A stretch of 64,000 bases of DNA from Felis catus. Taxonomy: Eukaryota. Every line of letters begins with the position of its first letter. Position 1 is the stretch's first letter. Position numbers and translations under genes: made by a program. The notes beneath the pieces were generated by a model. The model was not told the origin of the DNA. It made no database searches and saw nothing but the letters and a program-made list of their open reading frames with translations. Positions 11,176 to 25,070 of this stretch are shown here, piece after piece. The stretch spans positions 82,708,001 to 82,772,000 of the forward strand of contig NC_058374.1 in NCBI RefSeq assembly GCF_018350175.1. The letters are read 5' to 3'.

Positions 11176-12738
11176 NNNNNNNNNNNNNNNNNNNNNNNNN
11201 NNNNNNNNNNNNNNNNNNNNNNNNNNNNNNNNNNNNNNNNNNNNNNNNNNNNNNNNNNNNNNNNNNNNNNNNNNNNNNNNNNNNNNNNNNNNNNNNNNNN
11301 NNNNNNNNNNNNNNNNNNNNNNNNNNNNNNNNNNNNNNNNNNNNNNNNNNNNNNNNNNNNNNNNNNNNNNNNNNNNNNNNNNNNNNNNNNNTGAGACCGG
11401 ACACCAGGGCAGATAGCGGCTGCATGCAGCTGGGAGGCACTGTGAAGCGCCAATGTAGTGCAGCATGAAGTGGGAGCCAGACTGCAGTGGTTCTGAGCGA
11501 ACAAGAAGGGAGGCAGAGGGGCAGGGGCTGCAGAGAACTCTGTCAAAAGCTCGATTTCAAGAGAACTACCTGGAGGATAACAGGAGGTGGAGGAAGTGGG
11601 TTGTGTGCAGGTGTTTTTCCTTCCAATGAGAAAGGCCCATGGATGTTGATGTACCAAGAGGAAAATGCTAGCGAAGAAGGGGAAGTAAGACAGGAGAGAA
11701 TCTGGTCACTGAGGCAGGGGTAGGCAGGAGATCCAGAAACACATTAAACAGGAAGAGGGACACGTCTGAAGCAGGAAGGAAGAATGGCACAAAAAGCAGT
11801 CCAGATCAGTTCTCAAAAATCGTGCCAGCAAACTTTACGTGTACTTATAAATAACCCATACATTAAAAGACCAGAAAGAATCACTAAAACGTTACCAGTG
11901 GTTTTACTTGGGTGTGAGGCTAACGATGTTTTTCTTCCACTTTTAGCACCAAATACTTTAGTAGGCATTCATTTTTTTTAGTCACAATTCAATTTTAAAC
12001 AGTCTCCTATATTATAAAAAATATATATACTTTTTAAATTTAGAAATTACTCGAGACTAAAATATACAGGAATGCTTTCACTTTTGAAGTACAGAAATAA
12101 AAGACAGATTTTGAGCATACCCAGAAGTTTCTCCCATGGACCTTGCTGAATTAGAATGGACTATAAGAGACCATCTGGTTTAACATCCAGGGCTGGAATC
12201 CTCTCCACAGCACCAAACAGTCAATCACCCTGTGCTTAGACGCTCCTGGGAAAGGTCAAGATAGGGTGCAGCAAGAGCACAGATAAGAAATATCCAGCCC
12301 AGACTCATTTTTGTCACACCATTCTAGAATGCCTGTCCCTCTAGAATGGGGTACCCACAGCTCCGCATGCGGATTGACCAATATGGGCTACAGAAGGGCT
12401 ATTACCACCTTTCCTCTCTACTTCAATTAACACAACCTATGACTGGTTAGTCTGTCCTGAATAATAGCTACTGCCACTCTGCTAAGTCCAGACACACACA
12501 CACAGAGTTGGGAGGAGGAGGAGAGGCAAGAGAAAGTCAAGAAGAGGAGGTACCTAAGGTAGCCTCTATAGGATAGGCAAAAATAAAATATCTGTAATTC
12601 ATCTGTTCAACTGCTGACTTCACAATATCTAATTTAATATTTAATTAAATAAATTATAATTTGGTTTCTCTACAATAGCTATAACATTTATCAGAGGGGG
12701 GAGAAAAAGCATTGCTGCCTTTAAAATGCACCAGGTAT

Positions 12739-14231
12739 GGAGGTGTCTGGGTGGCTCAGTCATTGAGCATCCAGCTCTTGATTTTGGCTCAGGTCATGAT
12801 CCCAGGATGAGCCCCGAATCGGGCTCCATGCTGAGCACAGGATCTGCTTAAGATTCTCTCTTCCGCCCCCCCTCTGTCTCTCTCTGCTTGTCCCTCAACC
12901 CCACTTGCTTGATCACTGACTCTAAAAAAAATTTAAAAGGGGCACCTGGGTGGCTCAGTCGGTTAAGTGTCTGACTTCGACTCAGGTCATGATCTCACAG
13001 CTCATGAGTTCGAGCCCTGCATTGGACTCTGTGCAGACAGCTCAGAGCCTGGAGCTTGCTTCAGATTCTGTGTCTCCCTCTCTCTCTAGGCCCCTCCCCC
13101 ACTTGTGCTCTGTCTGTCTCTCTCTCTCTCTCAAAAATAAACATTAAAAAAACTTTTTTTTAAATAATAAAAAATAAAAAAATAAAAAGCACCAGGTATG
13201 AAACAACTGCCAAGATATACCGTTAAGAGAAAAAAAAAACAGAGGCGTCTGGGTGGCTCAGTCGGTTAAGCGGCCGACTTCGGCTCAGGTCGTGATCTCG
13301 CGGTCTGTGAGTTCGAGTCCTGCGTCTGGCTTTGTGCTGACAGCTCAGAGCCTGGAGCCTGTTTCAGATTCTGTGTCTCCCTCTCTCTGACCCTCCCCCG
13401 TTCATGCTCTGTCTCTCTCTGTCTCAAAAATAAATAAACGTTAAAAAAAAAATTATTGGGGCGCCTGGGTGGCGCAGTCGGTTAAGCGTCCGACTTCAGC
13501 CAGGTCACGATCTCGCGGTCCGTGAGTTCGAGCCCCGCGTCAGGCTCTGGGCTGATGGCTCGGAGCCTGGAGCCTGTTTCCGATTCTGTGTCTCCCTCTC
13601 TCTCTGCCCCTCCCCCGTTCATGCTCTGTCTCTCTCTGTCCCAAAAATAAATAAAAAACGTTGAAAAAAAATTATTAAAAAAAAGAGAGAGAAAAAAACC
13701 AGAATAGTATATGCAAAGTATGCCATCAAGAGCACAAGAAACAGGGGCGCCTGGGTGGCTCCATCGGTTAAGCGTCCGACCTCGGCTCAGGTCATGATCT
13801 CGCGGTTCACAAGTTCGAGCCCCGCGTCGGGCTCTGTGCTGACAGCTCAGAGCCTGGAGCCTGCTGCAGATTCTGTGTCTCCTCCTCTCTCTGCCCCTCC
13901 CATGCTTATGCTCTATCTCTCAATAATAAATAAACATTAAAAAAAAAATTTTTTTTTTAAAAGAGCACAAAAAAACAACACGTATGTGTCATATGCTATG
14001 TATGTATGCATGGAACTCTCCAGAAGGATAAACAAGAAATTGCAAACAGTGCTTGCTGCTGAGAAGGGATAACTAAGGAACACGAATAGGAGGAATATAC
14101 TTTAATTTCCTTAATTATCCCTTTGTACCTTTGAAAAAGATTTTCTTGGGGTACCTGGCTGGCTCTGTTGAAACAGCGTGTCACTCTTGATCTCGGGGTC
14201 ATGAGTTTGAGCCCTGTGTTGGGTGTAGAAA

Positions 14232-14264
<33 letters not shown>

Positions 14265-14535
14265 TACATACATACATACATACATAAACCTTAAAAAATA
14301 AAAGATTTTCGGGGCGCCTGGGTGGCTCAGTTGGTTAGGCGGCCGACTTCGTCTCAGGTCATGATCTCACGGTCCGTGAGTTTGAGCCCTGCGTCAGGCT
14401 CTGTGCTGACAGCTCAGAGCCTGGAGCCTGTTTCAGATTCTGTGTCTCCCTCTCTCTGACCCTCCCCCGTTCATGCTCTGTCTCTCTCTGTCTCAAAAAT
14501 AAATAAACGTTAAAAAAAAAAAATTAAAAAAAATA
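12739..14535 (+). mobile_element. Tandem/nested array of seven plus-strand CanSINEs with a (TTAC)n(ATAC)n microsatellite at ~14232-14286
   Basis: Heads at ~12739, 12938, 13243, 13458, 13744, 14147 and 14311. The 13458 copy is nested in the A-tail of the 13243 copy (TSD AAAAAAAATTATT). Confidence 0.9.
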
Positions 14536-14779
14536 AAAGATTTTCTCTCCGTGTGAATCCAATATTCAAATAAAGAAACAAATCTATAATTATCCTAAAT
14601 TGTGAAAGAAAAGTGTTAAGGTTAAAACAAATATGTCCAAAACATTCACTAAATGAGTCATATACTATACATGTCTTAATAACATAACATACACACATAT
14701 CATGTCTACACTATAATAAGGTCTGGAAAAAAGGTACTCTCGCAAGAAAAAGTAGATCAAATTGAATCACAACAAAAGA

Positions 14780-15030
14780 AGCAGTAAGTGGGGGTGATGG
14801 GTAAAACAGGTGAAGGAGATTAAGAGGTACAAACTTCCAATTATAAAACAAGTCATGGGGATAGAAGGATAGCACAGGGAATATAGTCAACAATATTGTA
14901 ATAATGTTGCATGGGGACTACACTTACGGTGGTAAGCAATGAGTGTACAGAACTGTCAAATCACTGTTATATATCTGAAAATAATATAACATTATATGTC
15001 AACTATACTTCACTAATAAAAATGTTTTAA
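14780..15030 (+). mobile_element. L1 3' end fragment
   Basis: GAGATTAAGAGGTACAAACTTCCAATTATAAAA...GTCAACTATACTTCA, typical of an L1MA/L1_Carn 3'UTR. Confidence 0.65.
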
Positions 15031-15242
15031 AGAGAACAACAACAAAAACACAGTAAATATCCCCAAAAAGTATATACCCTTTATCTAGCAATCCTACTTC
15101 TAGGAACTTAGCCTAAGGAAATAATTAGAAGGGTGCAAAAAAAAATGTACTAGGTTGTTTCAGTGTTGTTCATAACAGCAAAAAAATCAAGAACACCACA
15201 AATATACAGAATTCCTTACATCTATAAAATGCAATACCAGGA

Positions 15243-18200
15243 GGGGTGCCTGGGTGGCTCAGTCAGTTAAGCGACAGACCTTGGCTCAGGTCATGATCTC
15301 ACAGTTTGTGGGTTCAAGCCCCATGTCGGGCTCCACGCTGACAGCTCAGAGCCTGGAGCCTGCTTCCGATTCTGTATCTCCCCCTCTCTCTGCCCCTCCC
15401 CTGCTTGCACTCAGTCTCTCTCTCGAAAATAAACAAACATTAAAAAGAAAGAGATTTTAAAAAATGCAATACCAGGAGACATTAATATGACTTAGATATA
15501 TTTGTTTCTTATTAATAATTTATTTAAATTACTTAAATATACTTTGTATATACCTTGTCTTATATCTTATTATATATTTATATGACAAAATGACATATTT
15601 ATGCTTGTTATATATGATATAGTACCGTTTTTGTTAAAAAGTATATGGGGCGCCTGGGTGGCGCAGTCGGTTAAGCGTCCGACTTCAGCCAGGTCACGAT
15701 CTCGGGGTCCAGGAGTTCGAGCCCCGCGTCGGGCTCTGGGCTGATGGCTCAGAGCCTGGAGCCTGTTTCCAATTCTGTGTCTCCCTCTCTCTCTGCCCCT
15801 CCCCCGTTCATGCTCTGTCTCTCTCTGTCCCAAAAATAAATAAACGTTGAAAAAAAAAAAAAGTATATTATGTGTGTATGCATTTATACTGGAGAGCTTC
15901 TAGGAGGATACAGAGAAGCTGTCTCTAAGTGTACTACTTTTAGTACTTTTTTTAAAAGTTTATTTATTTTTGTAACGTGTTATTTATTTTTGAGAGAGAG
16001 AGAGAACACACACGAGCAGGGGAGGGGCAGAAAGAGACAGAGACACAGAATCTGAACAGGCTCCAGGCTCTGAGCTGTCAGCACAGAGCCCGACGCGGGG
16101 CTCGAACTTGTGAACCGCGAGATCATGACCTGAGCTGAAGTCGAATGCTTAACCGATTGAGCCACCCAGGCACCCCAGAAAAGTTTATTTATTTTGAGAG
16201 AGAGAGAGAGAGAGTGCACCCACGCGACAGAGGGACAGAGAGAGAGAGACAGAATCCCAAGCAGGCTCTGCACTACCAGCGCAGAGCCTAAGGCGGGGTT
16301 CAAACCCACAAACCAAGAGATCACAACTCCAGCCAAAACCAAGAGTGGGACACTCAACTGAGCTATCCAGGCGTCCCAGTATTTTTTTTTTAAGAATTTT
16401 TTTTTAATTTTTTTTTTTTTAATTTTTTTTCAACGTTTATTTATTTTTGGGACAGAGAGAGACAGAGCATGAACGGGGGAGGGGCAGAGAGAGAGGGAGA
16501 CACAGAATCGGAAACAGGCTCCAGGCTCTGAGCCATCAGCCCAGAGCCTGACGCGGGGCTCGAACTCACGGACCGCGAGATCGTGACCTGGCTGAAGTCG
16601 GACACTTAACCGACTGCGCCACCCAGGCGCCCCAAGAATTTTATTTTTAAGGGGGCACCTGGGTGGCTCAATCGGTTGAGCATCCAACCGCGGCTTAGGT
16701 CATGATCTCACTGTTCGTGAGTTCAAGCCCCAAGTCAGGCTTTGTGCTGACCGTGTAGAGCTTACTTCGGATTCTGTGTCTTCCTCTCTATCTGCTCCTC
16801 CCCCCACTCATGTGGGCTCTCTAAGAAATAAGTAAACATTAACAAAAATTCTGTTAAAAAAAAAATTCTGTTAAATAAATGTTTATTTTTGAGAGAGAGA
16901 GCAGGCCAGTGGGCGGGGGCCAGAGGATCCAAAGTAGTAGTCTGGGGCTTGAACTCACAAACTGTGAGATCATTATTTGAGCCGAAGTTGGAAGCTTGAC
17001 TGAGCCACCCAGTCTCCCCACTAGGCATTATTCCAAGCATTTCTTGAATATTAACTCATCCAATTCCTACAACTCTATGAGTTACTCTATGAGGTTGGGA
17101 CCGTCATTATCCACATTTTACAGATGAGTAACAGATGCACAAAGGTTAAAAAGCTTGTCCAAAATCATACAGCTAACAAGTGGTGGAGCCAGATTCAAAT
17201 CCCGGCAGACTGGCTCCAGAGCCAAGCTTTTAACCACTGCTAAGCTGCCTCCCAATTTGAAAAATTCAAGTTGCAAAATGTATGTTTTATGAATAGTATG
17301 GTCCCTTTTTTTTTTAATTTGAGAGAGAGAGAGAGCGAGCATGGGAGAGAGGGGCAGAAGGAGAGAGAGAGACAGAATCTCAAGCAGGCTCCACGCTTAG
17401 TGAGAAGCCCAACATGGGGCTAGATCCTATAACCCTGGGATCATGACCTGAGCTGAAATCAACAGTCAGATGCTCAATGACTGAGCCACCCAGGTGTCCT
17501 GGTCCCATTTATATAAAAAACAATTTAAAAAATAAAATTAGGGAGACCTGGCTCAGAAAGGACTTAAAAATCTTTAAAAAATAAAACTTAATTATGTGTA
17601 TTGTACATATTTTTAAAAAATTTTTTAGTGTTTATTTTTTTTTTTTTTTTTTGAGAGAGAGAGAGAAACAGAGAGAGACAGAGCATGAGAGGCAGAAGGG
17701 CAGAGGGGGGAGACAGAATCTGAAGCAGGCTCCAGGCTCTGAGCTGTCAGCACAGAGCCCGACATGGGGCTCGAAGTCACAGAGTGCAAGATCATGACCT
17801 GAGCTGAAGTCAGAGGCTTAACTGACTGAGCCACCCAAGTGCCCTGTACATATTTTTTAAACACTTATTTTTTTAAGTTTATTTATTTATTTTGAGAGAC
17901 AGTACGTGCACGTGAGTGCTTGAGCAAGGGAGGGGCAGAGAGAGAGAGAGAATCCCAAGCTGGTTCCTCATTATCAGTGCAGAGCTCGAAGTGGGGCTCG
18001 AATACACAAACCATGAGATCATGACCTGAGCTAAAATCAAAGGTTGGCTGCTTAACCAACTGAGCCACCCCGGCTCCTTTAACGTTTATTTTTGAGAGAA
18101 GCAGGCTCTGAACTGACAGTAGAGAACCTGATTCGGAAGCTGGAACTCAAGAACCACAAGATCATGACCTGAGCCAAAGTCAGACACTTAACTGACTAAG

Positions 18201-18695
18201 CTACCTAAGCGCCCCTATTGTATACATTAAAAAATTTAAATACTAAGAGGAGTGCCTGGGTGGTCGGGTCAGTTGAGCCTCTGACTCTTGATTTTGGCTT
18301 AGGTCATGATTTCACAGTTTCTGAGTTCGAGCCCCATGTCTGGCTCTGCACTGACGGTGTGGAGCCTGATTGGGATTTTCTCTCTCTGCCCCTCGTCCAC
18401 TCATGCTCTCTCTCTCACTTCCTCTTTCTCAAAATAAATAAAAAGTTTTAAAAAAAATCTAGATGCTAAGATTTTACTTTTGTTTTTATTTTATTTTTTT
18501 TAGTTATTTTGTAAGAGAGTGTATATGCACAAGGGGAAGGGGCAGGGGGAAGAGAGAGAGAATCTCAAGTAGGCTCTGGGCCCAGTGTGGAGCCCAGTGT
18601 GGGCTCTTGGGGCTCGATCTCACAGCTGTGAGATCATGACCTGAGCCGAAATCAGAAGTCAGACGCTTAACTGACTGAGCCACCTAGGTGCCCCT
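15243..18695. mobile_element. Dense mixed-orientation CanSINE cluster (~13 copies) with a MIR at ~17040-17250
   Basis: SINE heads and tails on both strands. MIR core ATTTTACAGATGAGTAAACAGATGCACAAAGGTTAA. Confidence 0.85.
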
Positions 18696-18949
18696 GCACT
18701 TTCTNNNNNNNNNNNNNNNNNNNNNNNNNNNNNNNNNNNNNNNNNNNNNNNNNNNNNNNNNNNNNNNNNNNNNNNNNNNNNNNNNNNNNNNNNNNNNNNN
18801 NNNNNNNNNNNNNNNNNNNNNNNNNNNNNNNNNNNNNNNNNNNNNNNNNNNNNNNNNNNNNNNNNNNNNNNNNNNNNNNNNNNNNNNNNNNNNNNNNNNN
18901 NNNNNNNNNNNNNNNNNNNNNNNNNNNNNNNNNNNNNNNNNNNNNNNNN

Positions 18950-20665
18950 AAGTTAGTTAACATATAGTGTAATGGCTTCAGGAGTAGAATTTAGTGATTC
19001 ATCACTTACACACAGCACCCAGTGCTCACACGAACAAGCGCCCTCCTTAATGCCCATCACTCATTTAGCCCATCCCCCCACCCAACACCCCTCCAGCAAC
19101 CCTCAGTTTGTTCTCTGAATTTAAGGGTCTCTTATGGTTTGCCTCCCTGTTATCTTATTCTTCCTTCCTTTCCTCTTTTTTCATCTGTTTTGTTTCTTAA
19201 AGTCCACATGAGTGAAATCATACGATATTTATCTTTCTCTGACTGACTTATTTCGCTTAGTATCATATTCTAGCTCCATCCACGCTGTTGCCAATGGCAA
19301 GATTTCATTGTTTTTTCCCTTTTTTTAAATTTTTTTTAATGTTTACTTATTTTTTTTTTAATTTTTTTTTTCAACGTTTTATTTTATTTTTGGGACAGAG
19401 AGAGACAGAGCATGAACGGGGGAGGGGCAGAGAGAGAGGGAGACACAGAATCGGAAACAGGCTCCAGGCTCTGAGCCATCAGCCCAGAGCCTGACGCGGG
19501 GCTCGAACTCACGGACCGCGAGACCGTGACCTGGCTGAAGTCGGACACTTAACTGACTGCGCCACCCAGGCGCCCCAATGTTTACTTATTTTTTAGAGAG
19601 AGAGAGAGAGGAAGCAGTGGAGGAACAGAGAGAGAGGGAGACACAGAATCCAAAGCAGGCTCTAGGCTCTGAGCTGTCAGCAGAGTCCAATGCAGGGCTC
19701 GAACCCACAAACTGGGAGATCATGACCAGAGCCAAAGTTGGAGGCTTAACCAACTGAGCCACCTAGGCACCCCTTTAAGTTTATTTATTTATTTTGAGAG
19801 AGAAAGAAAACAGAAGCAGGGGAGGGGCAGAGAGAGAAGGGGAGAGAGAGAGAATCCCAAGCGGGCTCCACACCATCAGAGAAGTGCCCAAAGTGGGGCT
19901 CAATCCCATGACTATGAGATCATGACCTGAGCCAAAGTTGGACATTTAACTGACTGAGCCACCCAAGCATCCCAAGATTTCATCTCTNNNNNNNNNNNNN
20001 NNNNNNNNNNNNNNNNNNNNNNNNNNNNNNNNNNNNNNNNNNNNNNNNNNNNNNNNNNNNNNNNNNNNNNNNNNNNNNNNNNNNNNNNNNNNNNNNNNNN
20101 NNNNNNNNNNNNNNNGTGCATGTACCCATTCGAATCAGCATTTTGTATCCTCTGAATAAATACCTAGTTGCACTTTTGTTTTATCTTTTTTTTTTTTTTT
20201 AACTCTTCTTAACGTTTATTTATTTCTGAGAGAGAGACAGAGTGTGAGCGGGAAATGGACAGAGAGAAGGGGAGACAAAGAATCTGAAGCGGGCTCCAGG
20301 TTCTGAACTGTCAGCACAGAGCCTGACAGGGGGCTCGAACCCATGAACCGTGAGATCATGACCAGAGCTGAAGTCACTTAAACCAACTAAACCACCCAGG
20401 CACCCTTGCACTTTCATTTTAAATCAATGCTAACAACATTGTCTCTTTTTTTTTTTTTTTTCCAATGTTTATTTATTTTTGGGACAGAGAGAGACAGAGC
20501 ATGAACGGGGGAGGGGCAGAGAGAGAGGGAGACACAGAATCGGAAACAGGCTCCAGGCTCCGAGCCATCAGCCCAGAGCCTGACGCGGGGCTCGAACTCA
20601 CGGACCGCGAGATCGTGACCTGGCTGAAGTCGGACGCTTAACCGACTGCGCCACCCAGGCGCCCC
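18950..20665 (-). mobile_element. Carnivore L1 3'UTR fragment interrupted or flanked by five minus-strand CanSINEs
   Basis: L1 3'UTR at 18950-19310 resumes at ~19975-20170. SINEs at 19350, 19577, 19776, 20185 and 20446, with TSDs AATGTTTACTTAT and AACAACATTGTCTC. Confidence 0.8.
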
Positions 20666-22159
20666 AACAACATTGTCTCAAGAAGGAATACAAATTCTGC
20701 AACTTATCTTAATGGGGTCTCAGGACATCTCCCATCCCAAAATAAACAGAACAGAACTTGCCTCTGTTAGCAAAAGATGGCCAGAGCGCATGGGAAGCCA
20801 TGAGTCAGGGTTAGGAGCTACGAGGTTACCACCAAAAAGTCAGGGTTTACAAAGCTCTAGGGAGATGCTGGCCACTGTTCTTTCTAAATCAAAAGTCCCT
20901 CTATGTGCTCAGAGATTCCCGTTTTACCCACTCTTACACAATTGCATTCTTTCAGGGGTGCAGCCTCAAGAATTAAGGGGAAATTTAGATTTCTCATCTG
21001 AGTAGGGTATTCCCTATTTGTCATCTGTAGGAAACAAACGTCATATACAACCTTGGAAGCCAGCTCCTTGCCCTGCCCTCAAGCAGATAATCAAGCTGAT
21101 GGGCTAGGCTCCTTGATTATTCTTTCTACTCTCTGGGACTCTGAACATGGCTATGAGGCTGTCATAGGGGCAGGCTATCATTCATTCCAAGGGGAATGCC
21201 CCACAAGAACTCAACTGCTCACTGCCCTGGAGGCAGAAACCTTAATAAAACTGAAACCACAGGGACCTCAAGAGTCACAGCCAGTGACCATAGCCACCGG
21301 AAGCACAGTTTCCTGGATATTTTCCTTGAGTTGTAGAACAAAAAAAGGCCTTGGAAGGTTTCACTCAACTGGGGAGCTGAACTAAAGTAGCACTGAGGTG
21401 TCGGTCCCTTCAGGCTTATAGGAGTTTGGCCAACCTCCCTAATTTGAACATCCTAAAGACTGCATTCCCAGCCTTCTTTTCTGTAGGCCAGAACTCAATG
21501 TTATGTTACTTTATTTCCTTACTGTTACACTGGGGTCTCTCTATATAGTTCTGGTCAGTATTACCATAAAAATGCAAGAGCTTTCTCCTATCCCTTTCTA
21601 TACCCTTTTAACCTGCTGTTGCAGTTGTTTCCTCTGGTCTACCTCTGGAAAGAGCTAGGAATTCAAAACAGATTGTTCCTAAAGGAACCTGAACATTTAG
21701 CCTCCTTTATTCAGGGTTTCTTGAACCCATGAACAGATGTGCAAACCACACACACTGTCTCTTTCTGTCAGACGCACGTGAGCGCCCACACACACAAAGA
21801 TAAATATCAGAGAAGCCACTCTAACTATAATTCATATTTTAGAGTAAAAAGGACATGCTGTTACCAATCCTTGGCAAAAGCATAAAGGTAAAGGCCAGGT
21901 ATACGTATTGTAGACTCACTTCTATCAATTCTCCCTTCTCCTTGCCCTGACTACAACAGATGTGCAGAGGCTGAGGATTCTCTAGCCCCAATTACTACAA
22001 ACCACCAGACACATAGCTAGAGGGCCCCATAACCTGCTCCAGTGTAAAGAAACAGGTAATGTCTAGGAATTTCAATCTAGTGAATAAAATTAACTGGTAA
22101 AGGGTCTCACATTTCATTACAAATCTTCCTGTCTCTTGGTGAATGGAAAAAAAGGAAAC

Positions 22160-22768
22160 TGAGCTGGGAATACAGAAACCTGAGACCCAGTTCTAGCTCC
22201 ACAACGGACCAAATGTGTGACCTTGGGCAAATTACTTAACCTCTCTGGGCCTCAGTTTCCATACTCCACAAGAAATGAAGCATCTTGGACTACATAAATT
22301 CTAAGGTGCTCTACAAATTACATGATTCTGAGATTCAGCATATAAAACAAAAATATCTAAATTAGGATGTAGGGGCGTCTGGGTGGCTCAGTCAGTTGAG
22401 CAACCAACTTTGGCTCGGGTCATGATCTCATGCTTCGTGGGTTTGAGCCCTGAGTCAGGCTCTGTGCTGACAGCTGAAAGCCTGGAGCCTGTGTTTCCTA
22501 TGTAGGATTCTGTGTCTCTCTCTCTCTCTGCTCCTCCCCCACTCCTGCTCTGTCTCTCTCTCTCTCTCTGTCTCTCTCTCTCTCTCTCTTGCTCTCAAAA
22601 ATATACATTTAAAAAAAGAAAAAAATATTGAAAAAATAAATTAGGGGTAATTACATTATACAAGGTGCCTTATGACTAACTGACCTTCCTCTTTTTAGGC
22701 AACTCTCTTGACTTTTTTTTTTTTTAAGTTTATTTGAGAGAGAGAGAGTATGTGACCAGGGGAGGAGC

Positions 22769-22820
<52 letters not shown>

Positions 22821-23766
22821 CCCAAGCAGGCTCCACACTGTCAGCGCAGAGCCCAATGTGGGGCTCGAACTCATGAATGATGAGATCATGACCTGAGCCG
22901 AAATCGGAGTCAGACTGCTAAAGCAACTGAGCCACCCAGGTGCACCCAGCCCCTTTTTAAAAAATTTCTAATGTTTATTTATTTCTCCGAGGGAGAAAGA
23001 GAAAGAGACAGAGCACAAGTGGGGGAGGGGCAGAAAGAGAGACACAGAATCCGAAGCCACTCCAGGCTCTGAGCGGTTAGCACAAAGCTGGAAACAGGGC
23101 TCAAACTCGTGAACCGCTCAAACTCGTGAACCGAGAGATCATGACCTGAGCCGAAGACGGCTAAGGATACTTAACCGAATGAGTCACCCGAGTGCCCCGC
23201 CTTTTTTTTTTTTTTTTAATGTTTGTTTATTTTTGAGAAAGAGAGAGAAAGCGCATACATGGGAGGAGCACAAAGAGGGGGAGACAGAGGATATGAAGTG
23301 GACTCCACGCTGACAGCAAAGAGCCAAATACAGGACTTGAACCCACCAACCGTGACATCATGACCTAAGCCAAAGTCATACATTTAACCGACTGAGCCCA
23401 CCCAGACACCTCAACTTTCTCGACTTTTTAAGTGAAAGGAAGTGGTATTTTTTTCTTTAAGCAGCAGAGTCCTTAGACTGAAGTCACTCCTCCTCTTAGA
23501 GAAATTACTTCTGAGGAACTCAATTTCCTCACTTGTGAGATGAGGGGATGGGCTACATTGTCCCAAAGGTTCTGTTTAATTCTAGAATGCTGTGATCCAT
23601 ACTAGATTTACCACAGTGGGGGTAGGTGGGTTGGTTGGTTGATTTATTTATTTAGTTTTTTAGTAAGCTCTATGCCCAACAGGGGGCTTGAACTCATGAT
23701 CCCACAATCAAGAGTCCCCTGAGATCAAGAGTCACATGGTCTACTGACTGACTGAGCCATGCACCC
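22160..23766. mobile_element. MIR fragment plus CanSINE cluster with a (GA)n microsatellite at ~22773-22818
   Basis: MIR TGTGTGACCTTGGGCAAATTACTTAACCTCTCTGGGCCTCAGTTTCC; SINEs +22372, -22713, -22955, -23202, -23640. Confidence 0.85.
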
Positions 23767-24300
23767 CACCACAAAGGATTTCAAAATTAAAATTCCTTTA
23801 GCATATTTTAATTGGTTCAATTTACAAAAGAATCCAGAGGGCACACAATTCAAGGATGTACTTAACACTTGAAGGGAAGCCTACTAGGCCTCAAAGGGCA
23901 GCAAGGACCTCCCACTTAGTCACCAGCACCAAGCACTCTTTGTGTGGTTGCCCCAAATCTCATCTTCATCCTCTATACACAGCTCCCTTGCCAAAAGAGG
24001 CATGTAAAAGATACAGAAAACACAATCCTTGTCCTCAAACTAAGGTGTAGGCTTGAGTCCAATGAGTGAGTATATGCAAGATATAAAACACGTTAAAAAA
24101 ACGTAAAATTTACTAAGCAGTTTTCCAAGTAAAGGTTACTGTAAGATATAAATAGGCAAAGAACAGACTGATGTGGATTAATCACAGAAAGCTTTATGCA
24201 GAAGAATTTCAAGAATCAGGTTTTCAAAAGCAGAAGGAACTCAGATAGGATGAGAAGAGACCTGAATTCTGGAATGGGATTCTGAATCAAGGCTCTTTAC

Positions 24301-24485
24301 CTTCCAAGTGTTGGGGGGTAGGCTCCCTGTTCACAAGGCTCCAACCCCCTGATGCCTCCACTCAGTGCCACTCAGGAGACGCTCCCAGTAACCCATCTTG
24401 TTGGCTATTCTCCGACTGAGTCTTCCTTCCTAGTGACAAGCTCCATCGCCAAGGGGATGGATGTGATGTCACAATCAGGAGCACT
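24301..24485 (-). other. RNF41: RNF41 non-coding 5'UTR exon (185 nt)
   Basis: Pyrimidine tract plus TAATAG| acceptor at 24486 and GAAG|GTAAAG donor at 24300. Unique sequence resembling the human RNF41 leader as recalled. Confidence 0.8.
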
Positions 24486-25070
24486 CTATTAATAGGAACA
24501 AGGAAGAAAAAGGTGAGTCAGGGGAACTACCTCCACTTGGCAGTGAGACTAGACAGATTGGATCCGGCAGTTGGTTGAGGAGAAGGAGGAGACAATTCCA
24601 TTAAGGCCTACAGGTTTCAGAGCTGAGGACACAGCACTAACTTCTAAGGATGGAGGTTACTGGCTAAGAAATCACACACACACACACAGTCCAAGAGATT
24701 CAAACAGAGCTGAGAGAGGCAGAGAAAGGGACAAGAATAAATATAAAGAAGAAGCACTGTTTGAGACAGAAAGATTCTCTTACTCGGTATACACAACCAC
24801 AAATAATGTCAATGATTTCAGATCTGTGGCTATACAAAGCACAGATCAATGATACCTTATATGCACAGTATGATGCTTAAATGTTTCCCAAATGCTTTCA
24901 CATAAATTACTGAATTCATGTAAAAAGAATTCTAATCCCACCCTCCAACTGGAAAATACTATTTCATAAGAAGATACTCAAGAATGTTCATACAGGTGTG
25001 ATTCTACTTCCCAAGTCAGAAAATATTCCTGAGGGTATCAGGCTTTATTAAAAAGGTGGGGGGGGGCACA

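Noticed and set aside
11176-11391. N block initially suspected to hide RNF41 exon 2
   Set aside because: The 185-nt leader exon is visible at 24485-24301; this block more likely covers the retrocopy poly(A) tail and old repeat sequence.
13458-13545. tRNA-like A/B box sequence in SINE heads
   Set aside because: tRNA-derived SINE 5' region followed by (CT)n and poly(A); not a tRNA gene.
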